Shown: positions 8,512 to 12,110 of the stretch, in pieces
How the letters are laid out: each line of letters begins with the position of its first letter
Position numbering within the stretch: position 1 is the stretch's first letter
DNA from: Chthonomonadales bacterium
GTDB taxonomy: Bacteria > Armatimonadota > Chthonomonadetes > Chthonomonadales > Chthonomonadaceae
Direction of reading: 5' to 3'
Length of the DNA stretch: 12,110 bases
NCBI GenBank assembly: GCA_038217285.1
Contig: JBBQPO010000188.1
Location: 1 to 12,110, forward strand
Made by a program: the position numbers and the translations under genes
The notes under the pieces: generated by a model
Told to the model about the DNA's origin: nothing
What the model saw: only the letters and a program-made list of their open reading frames with translations
Database searches by the model: none

Positions 8512-8860
8512 TATGTGAATTCCTTTTGAGTATCTGAGATTATGTGAGCCCGCGCGCGTAGCGCGTAGTATGATAGCGCGACAGAATGGAGGACAACTTT
8601 GTTCCCGATATCTTCGAATCCAAAGAAGGAACGCAAATCGTCCTCTTCCGTATAGTCGAACATACGGCATTCGCAACGAGGGCGTGGAATGCAAGATGTA
8701 CTTCAAGCAGCGTGATTGCTACCTGGTAAGAACGCATTGGCTCTGTCCAGCAACGAAGCTAGGGCGGGGATGCGATGTTGCCCCAAGAAGCGGTATAACC
8801 GTTTGGCGGCCCAAGGGTCGCATCAGGTGGCGCCGGTATGGAACCGGAAGGAGAATAGGA

Positions 8861-10168
8861 ATGAATCTGTCGGATAGGTTGCTCAGGGGGCGAACCACGC
8901 GAACCCACAAGGATCGCACACTTTTGGCGCTTTGCCTGGTAGCGTTGGCGATGCTATTAGGGGGAGGGCGCGCCGGGGCGCAGGTCGTCTTCTTCCCCGG
9001 AACCGGTCACTACTACCAGGCTGTAACTGCCACCCTGACCTGGGCCAGTGCGCGAGACGACGCCGCAACGCGTACCTATTTCGGGCGGCACGGGCATCTG
9101 GTCACGATCACCTCTGCCGCAGAACAGGCGTTTGTGGTCAATACTTTTCCGGGAGCGTTAGGAACGTCCTGGATCGGAGCCTTTCAGGACACAACGGCAC
9201 CGGACTATAGTGAACCGGCAGGCGGCTTCCGGTGGGTGACCGGTGAGCCCATGCAGTACACGGCCTGGAGCCCGGGAGAGCCCAATAACGGCGGACTTGG
9301 ATCGCCGGAGAACTTCGTCATTTTGGGGGCCAATGGCCTCTGGGACGACTTCGGCACGGCCACTTCCCTCGCGAGCGGCTACGTTATCGAATTCGACTTC
9401 CCGCGTCCCTCCTTCGATGTGAACGGGGACGGATACGGCGACATCCTCTTCCAGAACAGCGTCACCAATCAGGTTTCGTATTGGTTCATGCAGGGCTTAA
9501 ACTTTCTCGGCTCCGCGTCTACCTCGACGATTCCCACCGCTGGCTACGCCCTGCGAGGAACCGGCGACTTCAATGGAGACGGCAGCCCTGACCTCGTCTA
9601 CCAGAACACGACTACAGGACAGATCGCCATCTGGTATATGAACGGTACCACGGTGATAGGCGCGGAATCGGTGAATGTCTATCCGGCTCCGGGGTACCAA
9701 CTGGTAGGCATAGGAGACTTCAATGGGGACGGCAAGCCCGACTTTGTGTTCCAGAACACCACGAGCGGACAGATCGCCATCTGGTATATGAACGGGGCAC
9801 AGCTCATCGGTTACGACTCCACACAAGCACGGCCTGCCGCCGGTTACAACGTGGTCGGCGTTGGGGACTTTAACGGAGACGGCAAACCCGACCTTGTGTT
9901 CCAGAACAGCAGTTCCGGCGTGATCGTGTTCTGGTTTATGAATGGCGCACAGTTCCAGTCCGGAATCGGCGCTTCGGCGAATCCGCTTCCGAACTTCAAA
10001 GTGGTGGGCGTAAACGACTACAACAACGATGGTCGGCCTGATCTTCTCTACCAGAACACAGCCAACGGCCAGCTCGCGATATGGTATATGAACGGCCCCA
10101 CCCTGATCGGAGGAGGGGCGATAGGGCCTATTCCGACCGGGAATAACGTCGCTGTCGGCCCACGCTGA
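8861..10168 (+). CDS. Secreted C-type lectin-like domain + five FG-GAP/VCBS-like repeats (435 aa)
   Basis: SD GAAGGAG, signal peptide ending AGA|Q. CTLD motifs GHYY, TWASARDDA, GHLVTITSAAEQAFV, WIG, FRWVTGE, YTAWSPGEPNN and GLWDD. Five D-x-N-x-D-G-x-x-D-L-x-x-Q-N repeats. Confidence 0.9.
   Translation: MNLSDRLLRGRTTRTHKDRTLLALCLVALAMLLGGGRAGAQVVFFPGTGHYYQAVTATLTWASARDDAATRTYFGRHGHLVTITSAAEQAFVVNTFPGALGTSWIGAFQDTTAPDYSEPAGGFRWVTGEPMQYTAWSPGEPNNGGLGSPENFVILGANGLWDDFGTATSLASGYVIEFDFPRPSFDVNGDGYGDILFQNSVTNQVSYWFMQGLNFLGSASTSTIPTAGYALRGTGDFNGDGSPDLVYQNTTTGQIAIWYMNGTTVIGAESVNVYPAPGYQLVGIGDFNGDGKPDFVFQNTTSGQIAIWYMNGAQLIGYDSTQARPAAGYNVVGVGDFNGDGKPDLVFQNSSSGVIVFWFMNGAQFQSGIGASANPLPNFKVVGVNDYNNDGRPDLLYQNTANGQLAIWYMNGPTLIGGGAIGPIPTGNNVAVGPR
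9416..10165 (+). repeat. Five tandem 150-nt coding repeats (FG-GAP-like blades)
   Basis: The repeat-initial Asp codons are at 9416, 9566, 9716, 9866 and 10016. A 29-nt identical stretch GGACAGATCGCCATCTGGTATATGAACGG occurs at 9617 and 9767. Confidence 0.9.
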
Positions 10169-10190
10169 TCCTGGAATCTCACTGAATCAA

Positions 10191-10222
10191 GACCGCCCGA
10201 AGGCCGCAAGCTTCGGGCGGTC
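10191..10222. terminator. Hairpin between convergent genes, probable bidirectional terminator
   Basis: Perfect 12-bp stem GACCGCCCGAAG-gccgcaag-CTTCGGGCGGTC, followed by GTCTTT on + and TTGATT on -. Confidence 0.7.
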
Positions 10223-10245
10223 GTCTTTAGAGGCTTCCAATTCGG

Positions 10246-11760
10246 TCAGAATGTCCGGATCCCCTGCTGCAGAGTATCGTCCCAGCGGTGGGTGCGCAGG
10301 CTGTCTATCGCGGCCTGAACCCCAGAGGGTCTGCCGGTGCGCAGCAGGCACTCGACTCCGAACCCCGTGACGTAGCCGCACGGGTCTCGCAGCGCTTCCA
10401 CGATGGCCTGCTCTGTGTCGGCTGAACTCCAACGGAGACGCAGAAGCGCCTGCATGGCGTTGGTTCGCACCTGATCCTGTGCCGTCCAGTTGCGCAGCAG
10501 GGGTGTCTGCCAGTCGGGCTGATCGTCACACAGTAGTTTTCGGATAGCAGGCAGAGTCAGGCTCTCCAAAGCGCCGGTCTGACCCAGGGCATCCAGGGCT
10601 GTACGCACGACCGGATGCGACAGCGAATCGAGGGTTTGGACAATAGCGGGGACAGCGTTTGCGGCCTGCACGCCCATTTCGCCCAGCGCGAACAATGCAT
10701 TGATCTGTGTCCACTCGTTGGGATGTGTCAGAAGCGACTGGAGGGCTGGGACGGCGGCTCTGCCGATGCCAGCCAGTGCATACGCGCTGCTCTCCATCGG
10801 AATCGCATTCTCGTTCCAGCGGCTCTCCTCCCGACTTTGCAGATGGGCGACGAGTGGGCCTATCGCCTCTTCGCCGCAGGCCACGAGGGTATAGATAGCG
10901 TTCTGACGGGTCTGCTCGTCGCCTTCCATATCCGCAAGCAAGGCTGCGACCCGCCCGGAATCGGAGGATGGATGATCCAACTGTGAGGCGATTGACGCCT
11001 GATCTCCCGACATCCAGTTCCATGTATGCGACCAGACGGTGGTTCGATCCTGCGGGGACTGGTGGTCCTCGGGCGTTTCCCAAAGGGCGCTCCGGCAGTC
11101 CCATGAAGGCGCTCTGGGCTCTTCGGTGCGTACAAAGACGAATTTTGCCATGTAGCGCGTCTTGTCGGAGATGTTGAGCGAGCCACCATGCGCGAGATCG
11201 AAATGCACCAACACGCACGTTCCTGCGGGGCCGCTTGCCTGAAAACCACGCCCGAGATCGTTCGGGGAGAGGCGACGATGAAACTGAGTGGCCGGAATGA
11301 TCTGCGTCGGTCCCATCTCCGGCGGCGTATCCTGGGGATAGTAGAGCAGCATCGCGTAGCGTGGGTAGTGATGGCGCGGGCGGGCGAGCGGACTGTGGGA
11401 GTCCTGATGCCATCCGACGAACGAGTGAGAGCCTTTACCGACTTTCGGTCCTTCCGATGTCTGCTCGCCCGGCTCATTATTATGGACGTAGCGGTGGGGG
11501 TGAAGAACGTAGTTCGGCCCCAGCACACCGGCGAGTGCGCCGCGAACCGTCGGGCTATCGAGGATCTGTTGCATCTCCGGAACGGCAGGCAGAACGTTGT
11601 TCCCCGGATTTCCGCCCTCGTTCAGCACGCGCTGCAGCTTCCGATAGATAGCCTGGTGCAGCGTTTCGGGCAGTCCTGCGTCCAAGAGGAGGTACCCATC
11701 GGTAATAAAGCGTCGCACTTGCGCGTCGCACAGAGGTATCGATGGACTGGCTGCCGTCAT
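10246..11760 (-). CDS. PhyH-like Fe(II)/2-oxoglutarate dioxygenase domain fused to HEAT/PBS-lyase-like repeats (504 aa)
   Basis: N-terminus has QVRRFITDGYL, GVLG, WHQD (HxD), YYPQD..PEMGPT.IIP, distal His in HFDLAHG and Arg in TRY. C-terminus has helical repeats (SSAYALAGIGRAAVPALQSLL, INALFALGEMG..A..AVPAI, VRTALDALG). SD GGAG upstream. Confidence 0.85.
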   Translation of the reverse strand: MTAASPSIPLCDAQVRRFITDGYLLLDAGLPETLHQAIYRKLQRVLNEGGNPGNNVLPAVPEMQQILDSPTVRGALAGVLGPNYVLHPHRYVHNNEPGEQTSEGPKVGKGSHSFVGWHQDSHSPLARPRHHYPRYAMLLYYPQDTPPEMGPTQIIPATQFHRRLSPNDLGRGFQASGPAGTCVLVHFDLAHGGSLNISDKTRYMAKFVFVRTEEPRAPSWDCRSALWETPEDHQSPQDRTTVWSHTWNWMSGDQASIASQLDHPSSDSGRVAALLADMEGDEQTRQNAIYTLVACGEEAIGPLVAHLQSREESRWNENAIPMESSAYALAGIGRAAVPALQSLLTHPNEWTQINALFALGEMGVQAANAVPAIVQTLDSLSHPVVRTALDALGQTGALESLTLPAIRKLLCDDQPDWQTPLLRNWTAQDQVRTNAMQALLRLRWSSADTEQAIVEALRDPCGYVTGFGVECLLRTGRPSGVQAAIDSLRTHRWDDTLQQGIRTF

Positions 11761-11976
11761 GAAAGGTTTCTCCGTTCGTTGGGTAACGTGAGGGCTTGCG
11801 AAAGCGAAGGCATCTCCTGCACCCGGCTACTATTCATGGTCCAGTTCGTCGATGACGTTCCTATCTCCTGCGCATCGAGGCAGAAGGGGTAGGATTTTGG
11901 GAGGGGTAAGAGGAAATAAGGGAGCAACTGCGTCGGGTGCAAGGGAGTAAACTGCCTTGTCGAAAGGATCGACTCT

Positions 11977-12110
11977 GTGAAACGATACCAAAATAGCAAT
12001 ATTCGCCGGTTAGGGCGCCTGTGTCTTGCTGCCTTCCTGCTTGCCGGGAGTTCGACGGTTCGCGCTCAGACACCATCGTCGCCGAAAGACCCGGTTACCG
12101 GCGAAACGGC
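11977..12110 (+). CDS. N-terminus of a secreted protein (3'-truncated by the window edge; not in the ORF track)
   Basis: SD GAAAGGA (11962-11968), GTG start, open to the window end: MKRYQNSNIRRLGRLCLAAFLLAGSSTVRA|QTPSSPKDPVTGET. It has a basic n-region, hydrophobic h-region and V-R-A cleavage motif. Confidence 0.7.
   Translation, partial: MKRYQNSNIRRLGRLCLAAFLLAGSSTVRAQTPSSPKDPVTGET

Noticed and set aside
7804..8529. + strand ORFs 7804-8202, 7896-8258 and 8269-8529
   Set aside because: They are antisense to the repeat protein, which has an SD and internal repeat structure; the first starts within the terminator hairpin.
9416..10165. Regular repeats as a possible CRISPR array
   Set aside because: They are in-frame degenerate coding repeats with synonymous variation, no unique spacers and no cas genes.
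11761..11880. Riboswitch (glycine, c-di-GMP-I or fluoride) suggested by repeated GCAGGAGA on - and a GC-GAAA-GC loop on +
   Set aside because: The remaining conserved core motifs of those families are absent.
10305..12076. Alternative-frame and antisense ORFs over and upstream of the PhyH-HEAT gene
   Set aside because: They give Arg/Pro/Ser-rich non-protein-like translations and conflict with better supported genes.

Overview
GC-rich bacterial window. 1-7799 (+) is an L-arabinose/arabinan utilisation operon: a partial ROK-family regulator, araA, a Zn-dependent polyol-dehydrogenase-like gene, araB, araD and a secreted GH51 alpha-L-arabinofuranosidase, closed by a strong hairpin. After it come a convergent 200-aa two-repeat hypothetical protein, a secreted C-type-lectin + 5x FG-GAP/VCBS-repeat protein, a convergent PhyH-like dioxygenase-HEAT-repeat fusion, and the start of a secreted protein missing from the ORF track. 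Four features stand out: (i) a 189-bp mirror-symmetric four-hairpin element (REP/MITE-like, 18-bp terminal inverted repeat, GGAG on both flanks) between araA and the dehydrogenase; (ii) the dehydrogenase embedded between araA and araB, suggesting a pentitol entry route; (iii) an apparent remnant of a deleted LamG domain in the GH51 N-terminus; (iv) an exact 5x150-nt repeat array. All calls come from motif recognition by eye; no searches were run, and I cannot claim a demonstrably novel system.
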